Shown: positions 40,915 through 49,083, numbered from the stretch's first letter. The stretch is DNA of 64,000 bases from Christensenellaceae bacterium (GCA_045579345.1 JAZNMA010000098.1:19943-83942); one strand, 5' to 3'. The notes: generated by a model not told the origin, from the sequence alone. A program made the numbers and translations.

Positions 40915-42645
40915 TTATTCTCCTGTAATTTGTAGTAATTCTTTTTGTTCAACAAGGTAGGCGCTTTGATTTTCATATATCTTGTTGTAGTTTTGTTCGT
41001 TTCCTGAAAACTCTTTGACGATTGCTTGTTCTTCGTTATTCATTTCGTGGTATGCTTTCTTGCCGTAAGACGGGGGAAGCCAACCTTTACGTTGAGAAGC
41101 AAACAAATTAAACTTGTCAAGCAAATCTTGATTTCTAAACTTAATATGGCAAGTGCCTTTTTTATAGAAAGTCAAGTTAAAGTGTTCGGTGTTTATATTT
41201 TTAGCGTTTCCATTATCAAAGTTTCTTTTTATTGTTCTTTCTAATAGTTCCATATCTTCTAAACCGCTCACGCCTTTTGCAAGATAGTTAAGCGTTTTGC
41301 TCATATCGGTAAGTTTATAAATAACTTCTCGGTCTTGTAATTCGTAAGTATAGCCATCAACTGTACAATAACCGCCAAATCCTGAACCGTGAAATTTATA
41401 ATTTTTTTCTTTGTGCCACGCTCCATAAAACGGAATTATAATTTTACTGTTCAACTTATGACCTTTATTCGTTTTCCAACCGTTATAGTAATGGATATTG
41501 TCGCAACCGTCGTATTGTGCGTATTTTGTAAACTCGGCAAACAAAGCAATAATTTCTTCTTCAATACCTTTTAAGGTCGCTCGTCTGTTTTCTTCCATAA
41601 GCATTAAAATATTATGTTCGTTAAGGTCGTAGTTCTTCATTTCGTCAAGACGAGAATTAAATTCGCTCTTTAATTTACTTGTAAGCCTTGCAGAAAACTT
41701 TGGATTGTCAAACAATGCTTTCCAATAGTAATATCTGCTTGTTTGTACAAAGTGGTTAAAATCGCAAACTTCTCCAAACAATGAAAGGGCAAAAGGTGCT
41801 TTTTCGTATTTGTTAGTAATAATATCACTAAATCTTGCGTTATATTCGGAAGTAAAAGCCGTATATTCTTTGAAAAAAGCAATTCCAGAATCTATCTGTT
41901 CGTTGTATTGTTTAACGTAAGCAGTTATCCAATCTAAGCCAAGATTTATAAGTTCGTGCTGTTCAGCAGTCTGTTCAGTTTCTATATGTATTTCTTTTGC
42001 CTTGTCAAGTTCTTCAAATACCTTTGAATTAAAGACAGAAGTAGGGGCTAACACGTCAACCCAAACAACGGCGATTTCTACGCCCGATATTCTTTCGCTA
42101 TCATAAGAGCAGAAAGCCTTTTCATAAAATTTAATTACGGCGTTATACTTATCTAACTTTGCTTTTAATTCCTTGCGTTTCAAACTGTATGGATTTCTAA
42201 TCGTTTCAGCGTTCAATATGCAAAGCACTCTACCGCCTAATTTTTCTTGCATTTTAATTGCTTTAAGTAGGTGTTCTTCGCCGTTCTCAAACGGTGGATT
42301 CATATAGATAAGGTCGTACTTCGTGTAGGTATTAAAAGTTAAAAAGTCGTTATAAACAACGGGGTAGTGCTTGTCTTTTAATATTGCTTGTAAGTTGCTG
42401 TCGATTTCGATACACTCGACTTTACAACGTGGGGTAAATCTCCAACTACTGCCCCAATATTCCCTTAAATACTCGGCAATGTCGCCTTTCCCGGCAGACG
42501 GTTCTAAAACTTTAATGTCATATTTGTGTTCGTCGCGGAAGCACTCAAATTGTTTACTAAAATCCATATCAATCTGTTCTAATAAAGATTTAGGGGTGGG
42601 GTAAAACTGCTTGTCTTGTTCAGTATAGTTAATAACTTTATTCAT
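40915..42645 (-). CDS. N6-adenine DNA methyltransferase (gamma class) with large C-terminal domain
   Basis: QFYPTP, VLEPSAGKGDI (motif I) and DLIYMNPPF (motif IV). The roughly 350-aa C-terminal extension resembles the DUF4942-type orphan methylases of phages and plasmids. A TTG at 42660 is an alternative start. Confidence 0.85.
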   Translation of the reverse strand: MNKVINYTEQDKQFYPTPKSLLEQIDMDFSKQFECFRDEHKYDIKVLEPSAGKGDIAEYLREYWGSSWRFTPRCKVECIEIDSNLQAILKDKHYPVVYNDFLTFNTYTKYDLIYMNPPFENGEEHLLKAIKMQEKLGGRVLCILNAETIRNPYSLKRKELKAKLDKYNAVIKFYEKAFCSYDSERISGVEIAVVWVDVLAPTSVFNSKVFEELDKAKEIHIETEQTAEQHELINLGLDWITAYVKQYNEQIDSGIAFFKEYTAFTSEYNARFSDIITNKYEKAPFALSLFGEVCDFNHFVQTSRYYYWKALFDNPKFSARLTSKLKSEFNSRLDEMKNYDLNEHNILMLMEENRRATLKGIEEEIIALFAEFTKYAQYDGCDNIHYYNGWKTNKGHKLNSKIIIPFYGAWHKEKNYKFHGSGFGGYCTVDGYTYELQDREVIYKLTDMSKTLNYLAKGVSGLEDMELLERTIKRNFDNGNAKNINTEHFNLTFYKKGTCHIKFRNQDLLDKFNLFASQRKGWLPPSYGKKAYHEMNNEEQAIVKEFSGNEQNYNKIYENQSAYLVEQKELLQITGE

Positions 42646-42723
42646 AAAATATTTCTCCAAATAGTGCTTGCCTTTCGGTCAAGTCTTATCTAATCTTTTT
42701 TAATTCGTTTATGTCTGCTAGAA

Positions 42724-42915
42724 TTATTGTTTTGTATAACATAATTCAATATCGTTGACGGGGTAGTATGGCTCGGCTTTATCTTCGGTTAATCTGCCAC
42801 TTTTCAGGTTGCTACAATACATTATTTCGTCGCCTATTTTAGCGTAGATATTGCCGTGTTCATCTCTAAAATAATCATAGCCGTTAAAGGTTTCTATAAA
42901 ATATGCTTTCTTCAT
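42724..42915 (-). CDS. hypothetical small protein
   Basis: 63-aa ORF. Confidence 0.45.
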   Translation of the reverse strand: MKKAYFIETFNGYDYFRDEHGNIYAKIGDEIMYCSNLKSGRLTEDKAEPYYPVNDIELCYTKQ

Positions 42916-42924
42916 TGTTGCTCC

Positions 42925-43146
42925 TTAATAACCACCACGCAAGTTTTTAGTTTCAGGCTTTGAAAGTTCTACTGTATTGCAGTAGTTTTCAAGTTCTTGT
43001 TCGGTTTCTCCACGATTTAATCTGCCGTATAAATCGTACCAAATCGCACTCATTTCATTATTCGTTAATTCTCTTTCGGGCTGTTCTTTACTAAATCGTT
43101 TTATAATGATAGAATATAATCTATCTGCAATATTTCGTTTTAACAT
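42925..43146 (-). CDS. hypothetical small protein
   Basis: ATG at 43146. The longer ORF to 43278 overlaps the upstream gene. Confidence 0.4.
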   Translation of the reverse strand: MLKRNIADRLYSIIIKRFSKEQPERELTNNEMSAIWYDLYGRLNRGETEQELENYCNTVELSKPETKNLRGGY

Positions 43147-43150
43147 TTCT

Positions 43151-43378
43151 TTATTTTCCTTTTTCTTTATTTTCCTTTTTCTTTTTAACGACAAAATCTT
43201 TTGTGTTTCTACAAAATTCTTCTGCTTGTTCAAGGGTTGTAAATTCTTCATAACAAATATCGTTATGCCATACTGCATATTTACAATATTGATTATAGTA
43301 AATTACAAGGTTATTTATTTGTTTAAATCTTTTACCATACATTTTTAATCTTGCAAAGGGTAAAACTCTTCTTATCAT
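43151..43378 (-). CDS. hypothetical small protein
   Basis: 75-aa ORF. Confidence 0.4.
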   Translation of the reverse strand: MIRRVLPFARLKMYGKRFKQINNLVIYYNQYCKYAVWHNDICYEEFTTLEQAEEFCRNTKDFVVKKKKENKEKGK

Positions 43379-43575
43379 TTCTTAATCTCCGTTATATTTT
43401 TTAGTGTCTGTTCATAACGCCATAGGGCGTGTGGTCTAATAGGTCGTAGCATAGGGGAAGTTGAGAATACAAGCACGATACATTGACCGATTTTTGGATA
43501 GTTCTGTTCGTGGTAATATCCTATAAGTTCCCCGTTTGCTATTCTCTGTTTTATTCGGTTATGGTATGGGTACAT
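43375..43575 (-). CDS. hypothetical small protein
   Basis: 66-aa ORF; stop overlaps the next start. Confidence 0.45.
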   Translation of the reverse strand: MYPYHNRIKQRIANGELIGYYHEQNYPKIGQCIVLVFSTSPMLRPIRPHALWRYEQTLKNITEIKK

Positions 43576-44250
43576 TTACGATTCCATTACGCAAGCGATA
43601 ATATCTTGCAGTTCCTGTTCAGTCGGCGCTTTATCGCTTACAAAGGTTTCACAAGCGTACAAATCTTCGTAGTGTTCACAGCATTGATACGAATAACCGT
43701 CAACGTCGGATTTCAAAACGGGCTTTTTACAACGATTACAACGCCTATTTGTTAGTCTGTTCTTGACGTAAAGCACGGCGTTATTATAAGTGTTAAGCCA
43801 ATAACCGTAGTCCTTAAAGACTGAATCAAGGGGTATTTCTTTTATGCGTTCATAATCGTAATATTCAATAGTGTGTTCAACGCCGTCAACCTTTTTTCTT
43901 AACCCCTTATAATATTTTTTGTCAATGCTGTTAAAATACATTACTGCATTAAACAAACTTTCAAACTCAATAGTTGTAGCGTTAAACATTTCGTCAGAGT
44001 AATACACAATAAATTTTCCGTCTTCGTTCTCGTCAACTTTGGCAAATTCTACCGTCCAAAAGTCAGCAATGTAGGGCAATATCTGTTCTTGGGGCATTTC
44101 CTTTAAGCGTTCAACAACGTCGTCGTGTTCGTCCATTTCCGCCCAACTAATCGCTTGTTGTCGCCATTGTTCAATCGTATAATCACGATACATACCAAAT
44201 TCGTCGCCTTGTAAATCCTTTACAACTCTATATCTTTTAATCTGTTCCAT
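43576..44250 (-). CDS. hypothetical protein with C-terminal Cys cluster
   Basis: 224 aa; CNRCKK...CCEHYEDLYAC. AAGGAG upstream. Confidence 0.5.
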   Translation of the reverse strand: MEQIKRYRVVKDLQGDEFGMYRDYTIEQWRQQAISWAEMDEHDDVVERLKEMPQEQILPYIADFWTVEFAKVDENEDGKFIVYYSDEMFNATTIEFESLFNAVMYFNSIDKKYYKGLRKKVDGVEHTIEYYDYERIKEIPLDSVFKDYGYWLNTYNNAVLYVKNRLTNRRCNRCKKPVLKSDVDGYSYQCCEHYEDLYACETFVSDKAPTEQELQDIIACVMES

Positions 44251-44264
44251 TTTATTTTTTCTCC

Positions 44265-44366
44265 TTATGCTATTTTGCTGATGACCGCTTCCAAGTGTTC
44301 TATAAGCGGTAAATTGTCCGTGTCGTATGCTTGTAATAACTGCTGTTCTAATTCCTGTTTACTCAT
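44265..44366 (-). CDS. very small ORF (33 aa)
   Basis: AGGGAG lies 7 nt upstream of the ATG at 44366. Fills the gap in the operon. Confidence 0.35.
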   Translation of the reverse strand: MSKQELEQQLLQAYDTDNLPLIEHLEAVISKIA

Positions 44367-44379
44367 TGATTTTTCTCCC

Positions 44380-45081
44380 TTAACTTATTTTTACAAGGCT
44401 TGCGCCAAACGATAAACCTAAAACGTAGGCTTTATGATAATTCATTGCAAACGCTTTTTTTAGCCTTTCAATAGTTTTAATCTGTTCAAGGCTATATCCA
44501 TAACGATAGCGATATTCACTAACGGGGCGGATAATTCTACCCTGAAAATCCAAACAATACAAACCCTTTTCTTCTTTCTCTTTGTAGTATTCCATAAATA
44601 AATCATAGAATAGGTTGCTTATATGTTCTTTTTCTTGTTGTGCGTGTTCTAAATCTGATTTTTTATGATAGCGGTAATAATTCAGTTCAAGGTCGGGGAA
44701 AGGCTCAAATTCTCCGCTTGCTATCTGTTCAGAAGATAGGGCGTACTGTTCGCCTTTATATAACCAATGCTCTTTGCCGTTCTGCTTATCGTAATAAACG
44801 GGTAAGTCGGGGTGGCAAATAGAATAAAAACTTTCTAATCCTAAAACCTTTTTAGCCTTATTAAAAGCATAATTAAACTTGTAAAGGCTTCTGTTCGGTT
44901 GGATATTTCCGCCGTCAACGTCGCATAATAGGGCAATCATTTTAGCCTTAAAACTCGGCGCTTCCAGGTAATATTCGCCCTTATACCAAAGTTTCGGATA
45001 AACATTATTACTTGCGCATTGTAAAATAATACTGTTGTTCTGTTCGTCAATCTTGATTGACTTTACGATTTCATAACTCAT
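44380..45081 (-). CDS. hypothetical protein
   Basis: 233-aa ORF. Confidence 0.5.
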   Translation of the reverse strand: MSYEIVKSIKIDEQNNSIILQCASNNVYPKLWYKGEYYLEAPSFKAKMIALLCDVDGGNIQPNRSLYKFNYAFNKAKKVLGLESFYSICHPDLPVYYDKQNGKEHWLYKGEQYALSSEQIASGEFEPFPDLELNYYRYHKKSDLEHAQQEKEHISNLFYDLFMEYYKEKEEKGLYCLDFQGRIIRPVSEYRYRYGYSLEQIKTIERLKKAFAMNYHKAYVLGLSFGASLVKIS

Positions 45082-45245
45082 AAGTTCACCGCCTTTTCTT
45101 TCCTTAAATATTCTTTTGCCTGTTCGGGCGTTGCCATTATCAATAGGTAATAACTGCGCTGTCTATTGCTTAACGGCTGTTCTAAGGCTAATTTTGCCCT
45201 GATTTCGTGTTCAATTCCTATTCTTTCAAGTTCTTTTATACTCAT
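45078..45245 (-). CDS. hypothetical small protein (55 aa)
   Basis: ATG at 45245 with GGAG 9 nt upstream. The annotated longer ORF runs through a GC-rich structured spacer. Confidence 0.45.
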   Translation of the reverse strand: MSIKELERIGIEHEIRAKLALEQPLSNRQRSYYLLIMATPEQAKEYLRKEKAVNL

Positions 45246-45340
45246 TTTATTTTCTCCAAGCCTACCGCCCAAACGGTGCGGACTTACGGCTGTTTTTATT
45301 GTCGGGGGATATACCGCCCCCGGCGGTGTTCTTTCTGTTC

Positions 45341-46183
45341 TTAATCGACTAAATAAGTCCAAACATTTAACTTGCTCGTGCCGTATCTTTTCAAGTATGC
45401 GTTCAAGCGCATTTCAAAATTTTTTCTTTCGATTTCGTACGCTTCAATCAATTTTTGTACGTCGTCGGGGGATAACTTAATCAATTTTGATTTTGTTTCG
45501 CTGTTCAAGTTCTCATAGTCCCACCAGCCAAAATATTGTAAACTTTTAACTTTGCTATCTTCGGGGCTTCTGTAATATTTAACGCCTAAATACATGTTGT
45601 CGGGTTCTGCTTTCAGTTTTTCATATTCCCAAGAAAAATTTTTCAAGTTTTCGCTTATAAAATACTCTTGTTGCGTTTTTGCATAATGCGCCATATTGTC
45701 GGCTCTTTTTTCGTCTTCGTCGTCGCTGATTCCGTTCTGACCGTACCCAAAACAAAAACGGGTTTCAATACTTTTTTTATCAATCGCAATTAGGCTACCG
45801 TCTGCAAGTTCGACAACTCGTGATATTTCTTTGTCGAAATATTCAAGCATTTTTAAATCGCCTTTCCACGCTTCACGCCCTAAAATTTCAATATATAATT
45901 TTTTTAATCTGTTCTGCTCTTCTTTGTCGGCTTGTTCTTTTGCTTTCTGTTCGTCCGTCTTTGCCTTGATTTCTGCCTTTACGTCGTCCGCCTGTTCTTC
46001 GCTTCCGTTCAAGATTTCCGCCAACTCTTCGGGCGTTTTATATCCGTACCAAACGCCCTTTATTTTGTGCCAGCGGTAGCCGTTCGCTTTTAGTTTTTCC
46101 CTTACTGCTTCCGACGGCTTACCGTCAAATAAAATTTCCGTGCTTTTAAACTGTTCGTTGATGTTTACTTGATAATTTAACAT
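45341..46183 (-). CDS. hypothetical protein
   Basis: 280 aa. The N-terminal FDGKPSEAVREKLKANGYRWHKIKGVWYG module resembles, from memory only, a short module seen in plasmid/phage polyvalent proteins. Confidence 0.5.
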   Translation of the reverse strand: MLNYQVNINEQFKSTEILFDGKPSEAVREKLKANGYRWHKIKGVWYGYKTPEELAEILNGSEEQADDVKAEIKAKTDEQKAKEQADKEEQNRLKKLYIEILGREAWKGDLKMLEYFDKEISRVVELADGSLIAIDKKSIETRFCFGYGQNGISDDEDEKRADNMAHYAKTQQEYFISENLKNFSWEYEKLKAEPDNMYLGVKYYRSPEDSKVKSLQYFGWWDYENLNSETKSKLIKLSPDDVQKLIEAYEIERKNFEMRLNAYLKRYGTSKLNVWTYLVD

Positions 46184-46189
46184 AATTTT

Positions 46190-46561
46190 TTACGCTCCTA
46201 TATATCCGATAATTTTAACGCTATGGGGAATAGCAAAAAAGATTGATTTTAATTTTTGATTATATCTTGCCGGGTATTGCTTCCCGTCGTTACAGATTGC
46301 CAAAAGTTCGCAATCTTCGGGGTTTTGTTCTTTAATCTGTTCATAAGTCATTATCTTTTGACCGTCGGGGGCGGTGCAGTCAATCAATACGCTGACCGCT
46401 TCGCTCCAATTATTAAAATAATAAACATTAAAATTTTCTGCTAACTGTTCAAATATTACAACTTTATTTGCTCTAACGTCTTTACCTTGTGGTTTAAATC
46501 CTGCTTGTTTTAGTTTTTCGTGTGCTTCGTTCTCTCTTCTTATCTGTTCACGGTTAATCAT
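46190..46561 (-). CDS. hypothetical protein
   Basis: 123-aa ORF. Confidence 0.5.
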   Translation of the reverse strand: MINREQIRRENEAHEKLKQAGFKPQGKDVRANKVVIFEQLAENFNVYYFNNWSEAVSVLIDCTAPDGQKIMTYEQIKEQNPEDCELLAICNDGKQYPARYNQKLKSIFFAIPHSVKIIGYIGA

Positions 46562-46578
46562 TTTTTAACTCTCCTTTA

Positions 46579-47049
46579 TTAGTTCCACCCGTCGATTTTT
46601 TCAAATTCGGGTAAATTGAATAGCCTTTGCGCTAATGCATTTTTAATCTGTTCTAAAACCTGATAAATAGGGGTAAAGTGTTCCGCTATATCTTCGGCGC
46701 ATTGATAAATAAAACAGCATAAACGCTTATAAGTTTCCAGCGTGTAAATATTTTCAATTAAAACGTTGTCGGGTTTTTCTCTGTTCGGCTGTTCTTCTCT
46801 CTTATAGCGAACGCCCACCGCTTCGGCGTTGATGTCTTCTAAAATCCAAAAAATAACCTGTTCGGCGTTGTAATCTTTTACGCTGTCAACGTTCAAATAT
46901 TTTTCGGCGTACTGTTCAATAGTTTTTTTGATTTTGTCGGAATAATTGCCCCAAAATAACCGCCTAATTTTTCCGGGATGATAGGTTTCGGCGTATATTA
47001 ACGCTGTTATTTGGCTTTTGGTTTTCTTGCTACATATAAAACTTGACAT
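46579..47049 (-). CDS. hypothetical protein
   Basis: 156-aa ORF. Confidence 0.5.
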   Translation of the reverse strand: MSSFICSKKTKSQITALIYAETYHPGKIRRLFWGNYSDKIKKTIEQYAEKYLNVDSVKDYNAEQVIFWILEDINAEAVGVRYKREEQPNREKPDNVLIENIYTLETYKRLCCFIYQCAEDIAEHFTPIYQVLEQIKNALAQRLFNLPEFEKIDGWN

Positions 47050-47157
47050 ATTTTTAAATCTCCCTGCGTGCGTGTTCTGTTCACGGCTTACCGCTTAATT
47101 TTTTAATTTTTAGCCCGATGTTGTCAAACCGTCGGGCTGTCGGCTGTTCGTTCTGTT

Positions 47158-47364
47158 CTAATTGTTTATGAATAATATTTCGCCCGTGTCGTTGTCGTAA
47201 ATATCAACAACGGCGGAATCCGTTTTTAAATCGTCTAACATATAAGCGGAATAACTACCCGATGAGCCGTTTTTAAATCTTGCCGTTATCGTTGCGCCCG
47301 TTGTCCGTTCCGTTACTGATTTTATAAATAAATCTAAAACGTTATTTTTTATCATATCCGCCAC
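47158..47364 (-). CDS. hypothetical small protein
   Basis: 68-aa ORF. Confidence 0.45.
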   Translation of the reverse strand: MADMIKNNVLDLFIKSVTERTTGATITARFKNGSSGSYSAYMLDDLKTDSAVVDIYDNDTGEILFINN

Positions 47365-47367
47365 CCC

Positions 47368-47727
47368 TTAACAATAAACACAATCACCAGACGACCAACA
47401 AAAAACGCTTATTTGCTTGCGTGCCTTGCCAACTCTTAACGCCTTTTTTAAACTCTTGATGCGTTCGCTTATGTCGATATAAACAAGCCCAGAATCTACC
47501 CACACGCCACAATATAAGCCGTTTTCGTGGCTGATTCTGTTCAATACCTTTTCAACCGCTTTTTTAACTTCGTTTAACTTTTCAGCGTTTAGGGTGTAGC
47601 AATCTTTTTTGCTTACCTGATAGCCCTTTTTAAAGTTTACGCTTGCGCCGTTCTTGTCTAACGTTGCGCCACCGTTCGCGATGATACTTAAAATATCAAT
47701 TTGTTTTTTGCCGTTCGTTCTGTTCAT
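47368..47727 (-). CDS. hypothetical protein
   Basis: 119-aa ORF with GGAG upstream. Confidence 0.5.
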   Translation of the reverse strand: MNRTNGKKQIDILSIIANGGATLDKNGASVNFKKGYQVSKKDCYTLNAEKLNEVKKAVEKVLNRISHENGLYCGVWVDSGLVYIDISERIKSLKKALRVGKARKQISVFCWSSGDCVYC

Positions 47728-47918
47728 AGTTTTTTAATCTCCTATAAAAATTTTTTATTTTTTCGTTTTTCCGCTTGACTTTTTCCCGTTATTCAATTAA
47801 AATAATAAAAGAATAACGCAACAAGGACGGCGCGGAGTTTTCCGCCCTTGCTTTGGTTTTGCGTGTTTGTGTTTTGTTAATCGGTTTTAGTTTCTCAGGC
47901 TCAACCGATTAACTTTTT

Positions 47919-48059
47919 TTATTTGCTTATATATTCAAGCAATTTGACCACTTGCGAATCGGTAAACTGTTCTACAGTCTTTAAGTAGTCAATCAACTTG
48001 TTAAGCGTTGTATCGCTCATCAAGGTTGTTTCCTCCGTATTTTCTAATTCGTCCGCCAT
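47919..48059 (-). CDS. small acidic ORF (46 aa), first gene of the leftward block
   Basis: AAAGGAGG lies 8 nt upstream of the ATG at 48059; about 35 nt downstream of the leftward promoter. Confidence 0.45.
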   Translation of the reverse strand: MADELENTEETTLMSDTTLNKLIDYLKTVEQFTDSQVVKLLEYISK

Positions 48060-48096
48060 TTTTAAAGCCTCCTTTGTTGCTCTTTTTCATACTCTT

Positions 48097-48125
48097 ATTA
48101 TACCAAAAAAAACAAAAAAACACAA
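48097..48125 (-). promoter_or_regulatory. leftward promoter for the 38.5-48.1 kb block
   Basis: On the minus strand: TTGTGT, 17 nt, TGgTATAAT (extended -10). Confidence 0.5.
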
Positions 48126-48198
48126 GCAAATAACACTATTATTTTAAAAATTAATGCTTAAAATCGCAAGTATTTTACTAATGATTTTATACTTTTAA

Positions 48199-48231
48199 CC
48201 GTTGATAAATTGCAACGGCTTTTTTATATTC
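48199..48231 (+). terminator. plus-strand intrinsic terminator-like hairpin with no obvious upstream gene
   Basis: CCGTTG ataaattg CAACGG followed by CTTTTTTAT. Confidence 0.4.
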
Positions 48232-48971
48232 TGGCGGATAAAATAAGACCATCACGACAAGCAATAAAAGGCGACGACCTGGCGACCACGAAAAGCACAA
48301 CGACCGCCACAGATACCGAAAACGCCCCGACAGAGTACACGCCCAAAAAAACACTACCACAACGCAACAAGCACCCCGAACACGTCCGCCCTTTTCTTTT
48401 CCTTTTTTCTTTTATATATTTTCTTTTTTGCTTTTCTTTTAAAATTTTATTTTAGTACATTATTTTTAATTTAGTAATTTAAAAAAGTTTATAACTTTTA
48501 TTTTAGTTAGTTACTTTTAATTAAATATATAAAATTATTTTTATTTTAGTTATAAAGCACTTTTTAGCGTCGCAGTGTTCAAAAGCCTATAAGAGCCTAA
48601 AAACGCCATTAAAATCAGATAAGACAGCCGCACCTGGTAAAGGGTTAAAGCGTGTTTATTTTGGTTTAACTGTTTTAATAATTGTTAGTTATTGCAACAG
48701 TTAGAGCGTGGCGGGGTATTTTTTAACGCAAAAGGTAAGGAACGAAAGCCAGCGCGGGTATAGCAGTTCTTCACATACTCTCGTTCATAAAACAATCATA
48801 ACAATTAACTTTGTCTAATATTGTCTAATATTTTGTCCAAGTAATATAGATTTAATGTTTAATGGATAAAAAGTAATAAATGATAGGAAAGATTGTAAGT
48901 ATAGTGATAATATTTGTTAGCAAAGATGTCAATTTGATAGATTGTAGTGATAATTATGGTTTACGCTTTGG

Positions 48972-49000
48972 TTGACAATGTAGTTGACTTGTGATATACT
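48972..49000 (+). promoter_or_regulatory. rightward promoter P1
   Basis: TTGACA (48972-48977), 17-nt spacer, TGaTATACT (48992-49000). Confidence 0.55.
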
Positions 49001-49006
49001 TGAGTT

Positions 49007-49083
49007 ATAGAGTAAAAAGATAGATGGGTGTTTTTTTAAGGGAATGGCGTACTGCGTTGTTCCTTATTTTTTTGGTTGACGAT
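49007..49083 (+). ncRNA. candidate small RNA of about 75 nt (P1 to terminator)
   Basis: Promoter P1 is followed within about 40 nt by the hairpin AGGGAA ... TTCCTT and ATTTTTTT (49039-49083). No ORF or RBS in between. Confidence 0.35.

Larger units (their letters stand above)
40081..47972 (-). repeat. dispersed, single-orientation array of the hexamer GAACAG (44 copies; a 45th at 39067-39072)
   Basis: Counted by eye as CTGTTC on the + strand. No copy in the opposite orientation in this interval. See findings. Confidence 0.8.

Noticed and set aside
39067-47972. Considered that the one-orientation GAACAG bias reflects escape from a Type III restriction enzyme, which needs inversely oriented sites (as with EcoP15I sites in T7).
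   Set aside because: Escape predicts uniform orientation, not roughly 25-fold enrichment. The 7 copies in the rightward genes are in the inverse orientation, so the whole genome is not protected. The idea is kept only as a minor alternative.
48210-48455. 81-aa plus-strand ORF in the non-coding control region.
   Set aside because: It has a non-ATG start and no RBS. The product is a low-complexity Thr/Pro/Lys tract followed by poly-Phe/Leu, generated by the CA-rich and T-rich tracts.
48445-48845. Short direct repeats (TTTTATTTTAGT x3; TTGTCTAATA x2 at about 48821-48840), checked as a possible CRISPR array.
   Set aside because: The repeats are too short and AT-rich and the spacing is irregular. 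There are no cas genes and no repeat-spacer periodicity. No CRISPR array is present in the window.
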